Positions 18,964 through 28,125 of a DNA stretch of 62,087 nucleotides are shown here, piece by piece (within the stretch, counting starts at the first letter, position 1; each line of letters begins with the position of its first letter). Location: assembly GCA_020852375.1 (NCBI GenBank), contig JADZAY010000006.1:1-62087 (forward strand), in the 5' to 3' direction. The stretch comes from Candidatus Yanofskybacteria bacterium (GTDB lineage Bacteria; Patescibacteriota; Minisyncoccia; 2-02-FULL-40-12; GWA2-44-9). Made by a program: the position numbers and the translations under genes. The notes below the pieces were generated by a model, which was not told where the DNA came from, did no database searches, and saw only the letters and a list, made by a program, of their open reading frames with translations.

Positions 18964-20370
18964 ATGCCCGTCAACCTCTATAATTCACTGACTCGAAAGG
19001 TTGGAACACTGACCCCGCGCACCGAGGGCACAGTGCATATGTTCGTCTGCGGGCCGACTGTATTCGACTTCATTCATGTCGGCAACGCGCGCACATTCAC
19101 CATTTTTGACGTGATCGCAAAGTGGCTTCGCTACCGTGGCCACGAAGTCACCTATCTGCAAAATATCACGGACATCGACGACAAGATCATTCGCCGCGCC
19201 GCTGAACAGGGTCGCGAACCGTTGGAATACGCCCGAGAGTTCGAGCAGCACTACCGCGACGACATGCAATCACTCGGAAATACTGCCGTCTCCCAATACC
19301 CCCGCGCCACCGATCACATTGAGCAGGTAAAAGCCCAGGTGAAAACGCTCATCGCAAAAGGGCACGCCTACCTCATCGACGGCGACGGCTGGTACTACGA
19401 TCTCGCCACATTTCCCGACTACGGCAAACTTTCCGGCCGCACTGGCCTCCAAGCGGACGACGCCGTTTCCCGCATCGACGACAGCGAGAAGAAGCGCAAC
19501 ACGGGAGATTTTGCTCTTTGGAAGCTTTCCAAGCCGGGCGAGCCCTCATGGGATGATCCGGAACTCGGAGCCGGCCGCCCAGGCTGGCACATTGAAGACA
19601 CCGCGATCACCGAGCACTACTTCGGACCGCAGTATGACCTCCACGGAGGCGCTATGGACCTCAAATTCCCCCACCACGAGGCAGAGATCGCCCAGCAGGA
19701 GGCGGCCTCCGGACTAGTGCCGTTCGTCCGATATTGGATGCATGCGGGGTTCCTACAGATCGACCAGAAGCGCATGGGGAAAAGCATGGGGAACATGCTC
19801 TCCGTGCGAGAGGCGCTCGCCAAGTGGTCTCCGGAGACGATCCGATTTTTCCTCCTCTCCGGACACTACCGAGCTCCTTTGGATTTTTCCGAAAGCGCCC
19901 TCGACGCCGCACACGCTGCGATCCAGCGCATCACCGAGCTGCTCACGAAAATCCAGACCCTACCCCCATCCGAAAAAGACGATTCAGCGCTCGTGCAGAT
20001 CATCGCCGAAACTCGTCATGCCGTTGAGGATGCCATGGATAACGACTTCAACACTGCCGCGGCGTTCGGAGCGGTGTTCGCTCTTGTTTCGGCAGCGAAC
20101 AAAGCGGTCACCGAGCAGCGCATTGGAACCGAATCAGGAGCGGCACTCCGCGCGTTCTTCGCTTTCCTCTCCGAACAGTTCGGCATCATTGCCACCGGCG
20201 GCGCTTCCCTCCCCGAGACTGTCCAGTCGCTCGTCAACGAACGCCAGCTCGCCCGAGAGCAAAAAGATTTTGCTACTGCCGACCAGCTTCGCGACCAACT
20301 CGCACAGCTCGGCTATGTGGTGGACGACACAAGCTACGGTCCTCTCGTAAAAAAGAAGGTCCAGAGTTAG
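18964..20370 (+). CDS. cysS: Cysteine--tRNA ligase
   Basis: CGPTV..IHVGNART, NITDIDDKII, DFALWK, GRPGWHIE, DLKFPHHE. Confidence 0.97.
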   Translation: MPVNLYNSLTRKVGTLTPRTEGTVHMFVCGPTVFDFIHVGNARTFTIFDVIAKWLRYRGHEVTYLQNITDIDDKIIRRAAEQGREPLEYAREFEQHYRDDMQSLGNTAVSQYPRATDHIEQVKAQVKTLIAKGHAYLIDGDGWYYDLATFPDYGKLSGRTGLQADDAVSRIDDSEKKRNTGDFALWKLSKPGEPSWDDPELGAGRPGWHIEDTAITEHYFGPQYDLHGGAMDLKFPHHEAEIAQQEAASGLVPFVRYWMHAGFLQIDQKRMGKSMGNMLSVREALAKWSPETIRFFLLSGHYRAPLDFSESALDAAHAAIQRITELLTKIQTLPPSEKDDSALVQIIAETRHAVEDAMDNDFNTAAAFGAVFALVSAANKAVTEQRIGTESGAALRAFFAFLSEQFGIIATGGASLPETVQSLVNERQLAREQKDFATADQLRDQLAQLGYVVDDTSYGPLVKKKVQS

Positions 20371-20401
20371 GAGGTCGCTCTACTCCCCCTCGGACACACT
20401 C

Positions 20402-20525
20402 GCCGCCCCTGCGCGGCTGGCTTCCTCCCCTCCCGCTCCCCTCGGCACCCCGACTCTCGACCCCCCCCCGCCTCTCCGCTATGCCCTCCGTCGGCACTCG
20501 CGCAGGGAGCGGCAAGCGGGTCCGA
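20402..20525 (-). repeat. Dispersed G-rich intergenic repeat, copy B
   Basis: Shares 27- and 18-nt exact blocks with copy A. Shares a 23-nt exact block and a 26-nt block with 2 mismatches with copy C. Confidence 0.9.
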
Positions 20526-20648
20526 GGGGGATGTGTCGGGCATGGGAGGCGGAGCGGAGGGTGAGAGAATGTTTTCAACTCGCAATCAACACCTCGGTTG
20601 CCCGCGCTCTTTCATTATCGGATAATGCGAAAGCATTCCATCCGCGCT

Positions 20649-22016
20649 ATGGCGAATTCACTTCCCGAAACGATTCCTCCGCAGAACCTCGAGGCCGAAC
20701 GGTCGCTTCTGGGCGCCATTCTTTCCGACCGCGAGGCGATCAATCGAGTGATCGACATGGTCACCGATGAGCACTTCTACCAGCGCAACCACCAGCTCAT
20801 CTGGAACGCCTTGGCGAGTCTGTGGGAACGGCGCGAGAACATCGATATTCTTTCCGCCTCGACGAAGCTCGCGGACATGGGCTATCTCGATGCTGTCGGC
20901 GGGGTGGCATACCTGACCGCGCTCGCCAGCGAGGTCCCGACCGCCGCACACGTGCAAACCTACGCGCGCATCGTGCAGCGAAAGAAATCGCTCCGCGATC
21001 TGTTGGATGCGTCGCACCGCATCAAGGCGCTCGCGTATCGAGAAGACGACGACATCGACGCCGTGCTTGGAGAGGCCGAACAGCAGCTGTTTTCGGTTAC
21101 CCAGCGCACCCTGAGCAACAAATTCGACGAACTCGCCGGAGAGCTCGATCGAGCGATGGAGCGTATCCAGACCCAAGACGACGGCCAGCTTCGCGGTGTC
21201 CCCACCCGGCACACCAAACTCGACCAAACGCTCGGCGGATTCCAGAAATCCGACCTCGTCATCCTCGCTGCACGCCCATCGGTCGGTAAAACTGCGTTCG
21301 CGATCGATATTGCGCGCCGCGTCGCCGAGAATCAGACGCCAGTCGGAATATTCAGCTTGGAAATGAGCGTCGACCAGGTCGTCGATCGTCTCATCGCGTC
21401 CACCGCGCGCACCTCCCTCTGGCGCCTCCGCACCGGCAAGCTATCGCACGAGGGCGAACAGAACGACTTCCTGAAGATCACGAATGCCATCTCGGAGCTC
21501 CGCGACATGCCGGTCTTCATCGACGACACTCCCGGTTTGAATGTCATGCAAATGCGCGCGATGGCTCGCCGCTTGAAGGCGGAACACGGACTAGGCATAC
21601 TCATCGTTGACTATCTCCAGCTCATGAGCGCCCGCCGCAACTATGATTCCCCCGTACAGCAGGTCACCGAGATCAGCCGCGGCTTGAAGGGGCTCGCAAA
21701 AGAGCTGCAGATCCCCGTGATCGCCCTCTCCCAGCTTTCCCGTGCCGTGGAGAACCGCGAAGGAAACCGCCCGCGACTGTCCGACCTCCGGGATTCCGGC
21801 TCCATCGAGCAAGACGCCGACGTGGTCATGTTCATCCATCGCGACGATAAGATCAATTTCCAGCGCGCCCAGGAGCAGGGCCGTCAAAACCTCGCGCAGC
21901 TGATCATCGCCAAGCACCGCAACGGTCCCACAGGTGAGATCGACTTCCACATCAACCCCGAAAACCTTGAATTCTCAGAGATCGACACCGTACACACCGA
22001 TTCCGATTTCCTCTAA
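20649..22016 (+). CDS. dnaB: Replicative DNA helicase
   Basis: PPQNLEAERSLLG, AARPSVGKT, IVDYLQLM, ALSQLSR, DLRDSGSIEQDAD, KHRNGPTG. Confidence 0.98.
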   Translation: MANSLPETIPPQNLEAERSLLGAILSDREAINRVIDMVTDEHFYQRNHQLIWNALASLWERRENIDILSASTKLADMGYLDAVGGVAYLTALASEVPTAAHVQTYARIVQRKKSLRDLLDASHRIKALAYREDDDIDAVLGEAEQQLFSVTQRTLSNKFDELAGELDRAMERIQTQDDGQLRGVPTRHTKLDQTLGGFQKSDLVILAARPSVGKTAFAIDIARRVAENQTPVGIFSLEMSVDQVVDRLIASTARTSLWRLRTGKLSHEGEQNDFLKITNAISELRDMPVFIDDTPGLNVMQMRAMARRLKAEHGLGILIVDYLQLMSARRNYDSPVQQVTEISRGLKGLAKELQIPVIALSQLSRAVENREGNRPRLSDLRDSGSIEQDADVVMFIHRDDKINFQRAQEQGRQNLAQLIIAKHRNGPTGEIDFHINPENLEFSEIDTVHTDSDFL

Positions 22017-22022
22017 TTCCCC

Positions 22023-22622
22023 ATGGATCCCTCATTCGAGCGTATCGCGGCACTCCTGCAAACACTCCCGGGCATCGGTCCGCGAGCTGCGGCGCGACTC
22101 GTGCTCGCGCTTCTTGATCGGCCACAAGCCCAGCTCGACGAGCTTGGGAATGCCATCATCGAACTCAAAGACCGCGTCCGCCAATGCAAGGAGTGCTTCA
22201 ATGTGAGCGAAGACGAGCTGTGCGGCATCTGCCGGGATCGCCGGCGCGATCCCCGAGCCCTCCTTGTTGTGGAGAAGATCACCGACCTTCAGTCCGTCGA
22301 GCGCGCTGGACTCTGGCGGGGGCTCTACCATGTGCTCGGTGGCGCCATATCACCCGTTGATAGCGTGGGGCCGGAGCAGCTGCGCATCCGTGAACTAACC
22401 GAGCGTGTGGAACGGTTCGTCCAGCAAGCCGGCGCCGTCGAGATCGTTCTCGCAACGAATCCCACATCCGCAGGCGAAATGACCGCGCTCTATATCCGCG
22501 ACCTGTTCGCCCGTGTCCCGAGCATCAGGGTCACCCGCCTCGCCCGAGGCCTCGCCACGGGCACGCATGTAGAGTACGCCGACGAGATCACTCTCAAGCA
22601 CGCGCTCGAAGCGCGGAAGTAG
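22023..22622 (+). CDS. recR: Recombination mediator RecR
   Basis: LPGIGPRAAARL, CKEC..CGIC, YHVLGG, TOPRIM with EYADEITL. Confidence 0.97.
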   Translation: MDPSFERIAALLQTLPGIGPRAAARLVLALLDRPQAQLDELGNAIIELKDRVRQCKECFNVSEDELCGICRDRRRDPRALLVVEKITDLQSVERAGLWRGLYHVLGGAISPVDSVGPEQLRIRELTERVERFVQQAGAVEIVLATNPTSAGEMTALYIRDLFARVPSIRVTRLARGLATGTHVEYADEITLKHALEARK

Positions 22623-22639
22623 TCTCCCCACGAGTGACA

Positions 22640-22764
22640 GGGCATGCGCTCGTCAGCCGATAGCTCATTCGGCGCAGAGGGCCGGGCATGTAGTAAGTCA
22701 GTTGCTGTACCAAAGCCAAGCGAACAGCGATGGCGACGTTACGCACTCTGACGAGCGCATGTCT
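22640..22764. other. Structured intergenic element (candidate ncRNA or MITE)
   Basis: 14-bp perfect inverted repeat 22643-22656/22748-22761 enclosing two internal hairpins. Confidence 0.45.
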
Positions 22765-22806
22765 GGCCATCTGCGTAGTCGAATGGGCAAGAGAGGGTCC
22801 TCGCCG

Positions 22807-22837
22807 AACAAAACGCCCCCAGCGGGGGCGTTTTGTT
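22807..22837. terminator. Bidirectional terminator
   Basis: AACAAAACGCCCCC-AGC-GGGGGCGTTTTGTT. Confidence 0.85.
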
Positions 22838-23153
22838 ACTTTGCAGAGATCTTGCCGATCTTCACTTTCGTGAACGACTGGCGATGGCCTTTCTTTTTCT
22901 TGTAGCGGACCTTCGACTTGTAGCGAAAGACCATCTTCTTCTCGCCTTTGCCCTCGGCAACGACGGTCGCGGTCACGGTTGCCCCCTCAACGAGCGGCTG
23001 GCCGACCACGGCCTTCTTTTCGGACGCGACCAGCAACACCTCGTCAAAAACAACCTTGTCGCCCTCGTGTTCGAGCTTCTCAATCTCAAGCTCAAGTCCC
23101 TCGTGGACGATGTACTGCTTCCCGCCAGTTTTGATGACTGCGAATGTGGTCAT
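22836..23153 (-). CDS. rplU: 50S ribosomal protein L21
   Basis: FAVIKTGGKQY, KGHRQSFTKVKI. Confidence 0.97.
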   Translation of the reverse strand: MTTFAVIKTGGKQYIVHEGLELEIEKLEHEGDKVVFDEVLLVASEKKAVVGQPLVEGATVTATVVAEGKGEKKMVFRYKSKVRYKKKKGHRQSFTKVKIGKISAK

Positions 23154-23175
23154 GGATGAGATAAAATGCTCGAAT

Positions 23176-23204
23176 ATCCTAGCAGAAACGCAAAATACTG
23201 TCAA
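23176..23204 (-). promoter_or_regulatory. rplU promoter
   Basis: TTGACA-17-TAGGAT on the minus strand. Confidence 0.65.
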
Positions 23205-23229
23205 TGAGCCCCGCCGCGTGCCGGAGGTA

Positions 23230-23257
23230 TTGACCCTATCTATATATATGCTATAAT
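23230..23257 (+). promoter_or_regulatory. Promoter of the 23306 gene
   Basis: TTGACC-16-TATAAT with an extended TG. Confidence 0.7.
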
Positions 23258-23305
23258 ATATCCATCGCAGTTTGACAATCCGGTCCACAGCACAGAGGAG
23301 GATTC

Positions 23306-24088
23306 ATGAGGCAGGACTTGTCTCACGTGCTCAGCATTGCCCCTGGGGGCTTCCGGGAGCCCAACAAGAACCGCTGGTCGCCGCACCCCGCGATGCTGCT
23401 GGGTGACCCGGAGATCGTCCAGGCTCTGGACGACTCCCCCCGCCGTCTCCCCATGCGTCCGCGGCGCCGTGAGCCGCGCAGGATGGGCTTCCGGTTCTCC
23501 ACGCTCAAGCGCGTGCTCCAGGCGCAAGTCGGCCGCCCATGGGACAAGGTCTTCGGCGAGCTGATCGAAGCGCTCAGCGGAAACGTCGCCCGCAACGCCC
23601 GCGAGCACATCACGTGGTACGTCGAGACCAACTGTGTGATCGACGAACGCAACACCCCGTGGCGCCACTTCGGCGGCAGCCTCTTCCCGGTGCGCGGCCT
23701 GTACGTACACCCGACGACGGGCATCCTCTCCAGGACACTCGACGAACCGCGGCGCAGCCACGGAGAATCCTGCCTGCGCGAGTGCTGCGCGATCGAGAAT
23801 CCGCTGGGGAAGAGCATGAACCGCCTCTGGGCGGAAGCCAACTACCGCCCCATCGACAAGAGCCGGTTCGCTCGGCGCGAGAACGGCATCTGGTACATCT
23901 ACCAGGTCGCCGTGCACAAGCCCTCGGACGTCTACGCGACCCGTTGGAGCGACTTCCTCGCCCAGGCGGAGGTGACCACCTACGCCGACCGTCCCGACGT
24001 GGACCGTCGGTACGTCGCGCGACGCACGCAGGCCAGTCGCAAGCTGCTGCGTCGCCTCGGCGTGCGCAACGCCCCCGTCACCATCTAG
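23306..24088 (+). CDS. Uncharacterised basic protein (VGRPWDKV / GLYVHP motifs)
   Basis: GAGGAGG SD, own promoter and terminator, visibly higher GC than the neighbours. Confidence 0.75.
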   Translation: MRQDLSHVLSIAPGGFREPNKNRWSPHPAMLLGDPEIVQALDDSPRRLPMRPRRREPRRMGFRFSTLKRVLQAQVGRPWDKVFGELIEALSGNVARNAREHITWYVETNCVIDERNTPWRHFGGSLFPVRGLYVHPTTGILSRTLDEPRRSHGESCLRECCAIENPLGKSMNRLWAEANYRPIDKSRFARRENGIWYIYQVAVHKPSDVYATRWSDFLAQAEVTTYADRPDVDRRYVARRTQASRKLLRRLGVRNAPVTI

Positions 24089-24104
24089 TGCCCCCTGACG
24101 CACC

Positions 24105-24134
24105 GCGCCCATCCGCAAGGATGGGCGCTTCTTT
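24105..24134 (+). terminator. Intrinsic terminator
   Basis: GCGCCCATCC-GCAA-GGATGGGCGC followed by TTCTTT. Confidence 0.8.
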
Positions 24135-24135
24135 G

Positions 24136-24210
24136 TACCGCCAACCGGATTTGAACCGGTGTTCCTGCGCTGAGAACGCAGTGTCCTAGACCGGGCTAGA
24201 CGATGGCGGC
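24136..24210 (-). tRNA. tRNA-Glu(CTC)
   Basis: Cloverleaf, anticodon arm CTGCG-TT-CTC-AG-CGCAG, T-arm GGTTCAAATCC. CCA is not encoded. Confidence 0.95.
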
Positions 24211-24268
24211 ATCTGGTGTATCATTATACCCCGTTGGACGGGTTTCTGCAACCCACTGGAGGGCTCCC

Positions 24269-24703
24269 GTGAAGGTCATATTCCTTGATATCGACGGCGT
24301 CATGAACAACTCCGAAACGGCGCCGAAACTGCTACAGCAGGGATTCGATCCCGTGCCGCTCCGGTGCCTCCTCGAGATCCTTGCCGCGACCGACGCAAAG
24401 ATCGTTGTGAGCGGAGCGCTCGGACGAGTGTTCGAGTTCGAGGATCTCCAGCTCTTTTTCGACTGCCACGGGATTCCCAAGGACAGGGTCATCGGTGCAA
24501 CTCGCAACACCGGCACCACCCGAGGAGGTGATATCTCCGCCTGGCTCGCTGAGCACCCCGGACATGCGGAGCGCTACCTGGTCATCGATGACGCTGACCT
24601 TGATCAGATCCGCCCCCACGGTCCGCGATTCCTCAAGACCGAATGGCATATCGGCCTCACTCCTGCGCACGTACGTCGCGCGATCCGTATGCTCAACGCA
24701 TAA
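24269..24703 (+). CDS. HAD-domain protein (HAD_SAK-like)
   Basis: KVIFLDIDGVMN, KIVVS, IGAT, YLVIDD. GTG start. Confidence 0.85.
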   Translation: MKVIFLDIDGVMNNSETAPKLLQQGFDPVPLRCLLEILAATDAKIVVSGALGRVFEFEDLQLFFDCHGIPKDRVIGATRNTGTTRGGDISAWLAEHPGHAERYLVIDDADLDQIRPHGPRFLKTEWHIGLTPAHVRRAIRMLNA

Positions 24704-24742
24704 CGCCACCCGAACGGGTGGCGTTTTCTCTCTCCTGACAAT

Positions 24743-26029
24743 CTACTTCGTTAGCCAGCGGGCCGATTGCCGCACCAACAGCTGTGGCGCCCGCTGGGGC
24801 TCTGCCATGATCTCGCGAACGATGCGCTCCATGCGCACCCCCTGACTCCCCTTTACCAGCACAACATCCCCGGAGCGGATAAGCCGCTGCACCTCCGGTG
24901 CGGCGATGGCCGAATCGGGATACCAATGCACGCGCTCCGGCGCAAGCTGATTTCCAGCCGCATCGGCGATGAATCGCCCGCTCTCTCCCACCGCAACAAG
25001 CTCATCGGCGACTGCGGCGGCCATCGTGCCGATGCTCTGATGCGCCTGTACGGAGTAGCTGCCGAGCTCGCGCATATCACCCAGCACCAGCACCTTTCGG
25101 CCAGGTAGCTCGCGGATGGCATCGATAGCGATATGCATCGCAGCAGGCGAGGCGTTGTAGGTATCGTCGATCACGATACTTCCCCGAATGCCGGAAAGGA
25201 TGTGGAGGCGCCCCGGAGGCGGGCTCATGCGGCTCACCGCCTCGACCGCATCGGCAAGACCAATGCCGCGCGCCATACCCACAGCGACCGCTGCTGCGGC
25301 GGCTCGCGCGACCCCCGCGCCGATCACACCCGAGACAACGCACGGCATCGATGCTCCATCAGCGGTGATGTTGAACGAGACACCGACCGGTCGTTCACCG
25401 GAGTATTTCACATGGATATCGGATACACGCACGGATGCTCCTGGTCCGATCCCAAATGTATGCGTTTCTGCTTTTGTCGCATCACGCATCTCCAGTACGG
25501 AAAGGTCATCGCCATTCAGCACGGCGTCCCCCTGCGCAGAAAGTGCCCGCACCAACTGAGCCTTCTCGACGGCAAGCTCGCGCGGCGATGCGAAGAACTC
25601 GACGTGCACCGGGACATCCCCCACCTGCGTGACGACTGCAACCGTCGGGCGGAATCGAGCGGCAAGTCGGCGGATATCCCCCGGGCGGTCCGCTCCGTAT
25701 TCGAGTACCAGCACCTCAGGATACCGCTGTGCAGATCCGAAAAGCCCCGCGATACCTCCCGCGAGTACCGACAACCAAAACATTCGCGTACCGCCTTCGC
25801 GGTAGTAAGCGTCGGCATGATCGCCGATGATGGTCGCCGGAAGACCAAGCTCGTTGTTCAAATTGCCTCCCGTAGCACGAACGCGATAACGCGTTGCGAG
25901 CACCGCCGCAACCGCCTCCTTGGTAGTGGTCTTCCCTGCATTCCCGGTGATCCCCACAATGACCGGTCGAAAGCGCCACACGTACATGCGGGCGAGGAGC
26001 GTGAGGAGAAGCGTAAGCAGTTTCGTCAT
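24743..26029 (-). CDS. murF: UDP-MurNAc-tripeptide--D-Ala-D-Ala ligase
   Basis: GITGNAGKTTTK, NNELGLP, IDDTYNASP, LGDMRELG, LVKGSQG. Confidence 0.95.
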   Translation of the reverse strand: MTKLLTLLLTLLARMYVWRFRPVIVGITGNAGKTTTKEAVAAVLATRYRVRATGGNLNNELGLPATIIGDHADAYYREGGTRMFWLSVLAGGIAGLFGSAQRYPEVLVLEYGADRPGDIRRLAARFRPTVAVVTQVGDVPVHVEFFASPRELAVEKAQLVRALSAQGDAVLNGDDLSVLEMRDATKAETHTFGIGPGASVRVSDIHVKYSGERPVGVSFNITADGASMPCVVSGVIGAGVARAAAAAVAVGMARGIGLADAVEAVSRMSPPPGRLHILSGIRGSIVIDDTYNASPAAMHIAIDAIRELPGRKVLVLGDMRELGSYSVQAHQSIGTMAAAVADELVAVGESGRFIADAAGNQLAPERVHWYPDSAIAAPEVQRLIRSGDVVLVKGSQGVRMERIVREIMAEPQRAPQLLVRQSARWLTK

Positions 26030-27738
26030 CGGGTTGGCGGTATGTTGAAGTAGTTCAGAAGGAAGAGCGCCATGTCCTTGAATGCCGGACTCAAGCTGTC
26101 CGCCGCGAACGTGATGCCCTGCGGCTTTTCCATCTTGATGAGAATAACGAACTTCGGATCGCTTGCGGGGGCAAAGCCGACAAACGAGTGATTGTACTGC
26201 TTCTCAAGGTATCCGCCCGTAGGGCTGGCAATCTGAGCAGTGCCCGTCTTTCCGGCGACATCGTATCGCGGGATACGCGCTTTGTCGAAGCCGTTGTCCA
26301 CCACCGATGTCAGCATCGTCCGCAGTTGCGCGGCGGTCTTCGCCGTGAACGGCGTACCGATCATCTCCGGTTTTGTTTCGGTACGGTTCCCCAGCTCATC
26401 AACAACGGCACCGACAACATACGGTCGCATCAATTTCCCCCCGTTCGCGATCGCGGAATATCCGTTAACCAACTGCAACGGTGTCACCGTGAGACCTTGA
26501 CCGAACGACGCGGTCAGAAAGTTGATGCGGCGCCCGCTGTAGAGATTACTGATATCTCCGCTCGCCTCACCGGGCAGATCAATGCCGGTCCGCTGACCGA
26601 ACCCGAGATCCACCGCATACTTCAGAAATGCGTCGTTCCCGATGAGCGTTTCAACCCACATAACGCCAGTGTTGATGCTCTTCTCCAGCACTTTTGTCAT
26701 CGTGACCTTTCCGAAGCTCTGCTCGTTGAAGTTCTTGATCGTATAGCCATCGATCTGCACCGGTCCTTGGTCATCGAACACCGTCGACGGCGTGATCTTC
26801 CCGAGATCAAGCCCCATCGCCATCGTGAACGGCTTCACCGATGATCCGGGCTCGAACGGCACGAGTGCACCATTCATAAAACTAGCGACCGGAAAACTCC
26901 CGTAGCGGTTCGGGTCGAAGCTTGGACTATCCGCCATCGCGAGCATTCTCCCGGATGTCGGGTCCTGCACCAAAAGAACGCCGGACGCGGCCTGGTATTT
27001 CTTCAGAACGCCGTCGAGCACCGTCTGTGCGTATGCCTGAATGGTCGCATCGAGCGTAAGCTCGACATCCAGCGGACGATCGTCGCGCTCTTCCGCGCTC
27101 GTCGATGAGCGCCCGAACAGTTTTCCCAGCTGTGCGCCAATATTCCATCCTCCGCCGGAGCGCAGACGCCCGGATAATTCGGTTTCGTACGACGCCTCGA
27201 CGCCATACTGTCCCTCCCGCCCATTTTGCCCGTACCCCAGGAATCCGATCGCGTCGGCGGCAAGCATACCCGCGGGATACGAGCGATCGGTCTCGTACGC
27301 GATCGTCACGCCGCGAATGTTCGCGGCCTTGATCGCGTTCGCCTGTTCATCGGTAATCTTCTTGGCGATCGTTTTCGTTCCGGACGTCGTGCTCCGCATG
27401 AGCGTCGCAATCGACTCACGCTCGCCTCCGAGGATGCCGGCGACAGTCCCTGCAGTCGCGTCGATCGCCGACCGGTCGAACTTTGCCGCATTCAGTATCA
27501 GCGCCGGAAATGCGCGATTCGTCGCAACGACCCGCTGCTGCCCTCCTCGATCGGTCAACGAGATCGTGCCGCGCATCAGGACATTGCTCACTCCGTTTGC
27601 CTGCGCTTGTGCCGTCTGCGAGTACCATGCATGCCTCCGCCAAGAAATATCAAACAGACGCCACGAAATGACGCCGAGTATGGCGAGCATGCAGATGAGC
27701 GCAAATAGCGGACGCCCCGCTCCAATACGGTGCTTCAC
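26026..27738 (-). CDS. Class B penicillin-binding protein (FtsI/PBP2-like)
   Basis: FEPGSSVK (SxxK), SIN (SxN), AGKTGTAQ. Confidence 0.93.
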   Translation of the reverse strand: MKHRIGAGRPLFALICMLAILGVISWRLFDISWRRHAWYSQTAQAQANGVSNVLMRGTISLTDRGGQQRVVATNRAFPALILNAAKFDRSAIDATAGTVAGILGGERESIATLMRSTTSGTKTIAKKITDEQANAIKAANIRGVTIAYETDRSYPAGMLAADAIGFLGYGQNGREGQYGVEASYETELSGRLRSGGGWNIGAQLGKLFGRSSTSAEERDDRPLDVELTLDATIQAYAQTVLDGVLKKYQAASGVLLVQDPTSGRMLAMADSPSFDPNRYGSFPVASFMNGALVPFEPGSSVKPFTMAMGLDLGKITPSTVFDDQGPVQIDGYTIKNFNEQSFGKVTMTKVLEKSINTGVMWVETLIGNDAFLKYAVDLGFGQRTGIDLPGEASGDISNLYSGRRINFLTASFGQGLTVTPLQLVNGYSAIANGGKLMRPYVVGAVVDELGNRTETKPEMIGTPFTAKTAAQLRTMLTSVVDNGFDKARIPRYDVAGKTGTAQIASPTGGYLEKQYNHSFVGFAPASDPKFVILIKMEKPQGITFAADSLSPAFKDMALFLLNYFNIPPTR

Positions 27739-27771
27739 CTCTGTACGATACCAAGGAATGACCCTCCGGGT

Positions 27772-28125
27772 CTAGCGTGCCGCAACCGGACGCTCGGGTG
27801 TGAGATATACCACATCGCCCGCCGGAACCATGCCGAGCTGAGCGGCGAGATCTGTCAGGTGCTGACGGTTATCAAACGATGACTGCTCTGCCACCAGCGT
27901 CGTGCGAACGTCCCGCGCTTCAGCAAGCTGTGCCTGTGCATCGCGCATCTCCCACGCATGAGCGGCGAGTGCATTCGCCTGCACCACATAACATACCAGC
28001 GCAGCCACCGCCAGAACGGCGAGAACACCGTTCACCAGCGCGTATCCGCCACGCACCGACTCCGCATGCGGGATCATGCGTACCGATTCGTGAGATGCCG
28101 CTCGAGAAATGTTGGAAGTTGTCAT
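27772..28125 (-). CDS. Putative FtsL-like bitopic coiled-coil protein
   Basis: Lies between rsmH and the PBP gene, one TM followed by a coiled coil and AQLGMVP. Confidence 0.6.
   Translation of the reverse strand: MTTSNISRAASHESVRMIPHAESVRGGYALVNGVLAVLAVAALVCYVVQANALAAHAWEMRDAQAQLAEARDVRTTLVAEQSSFDNRQHLTDLAAQLGMVPAGDVVYLTPERPVAAR

Noticed and set aside
23160-24210. Integrative element at tRNA-Glu
   Set aside because: There is no integrase and no duplicated tRNA 3' end near rplU.
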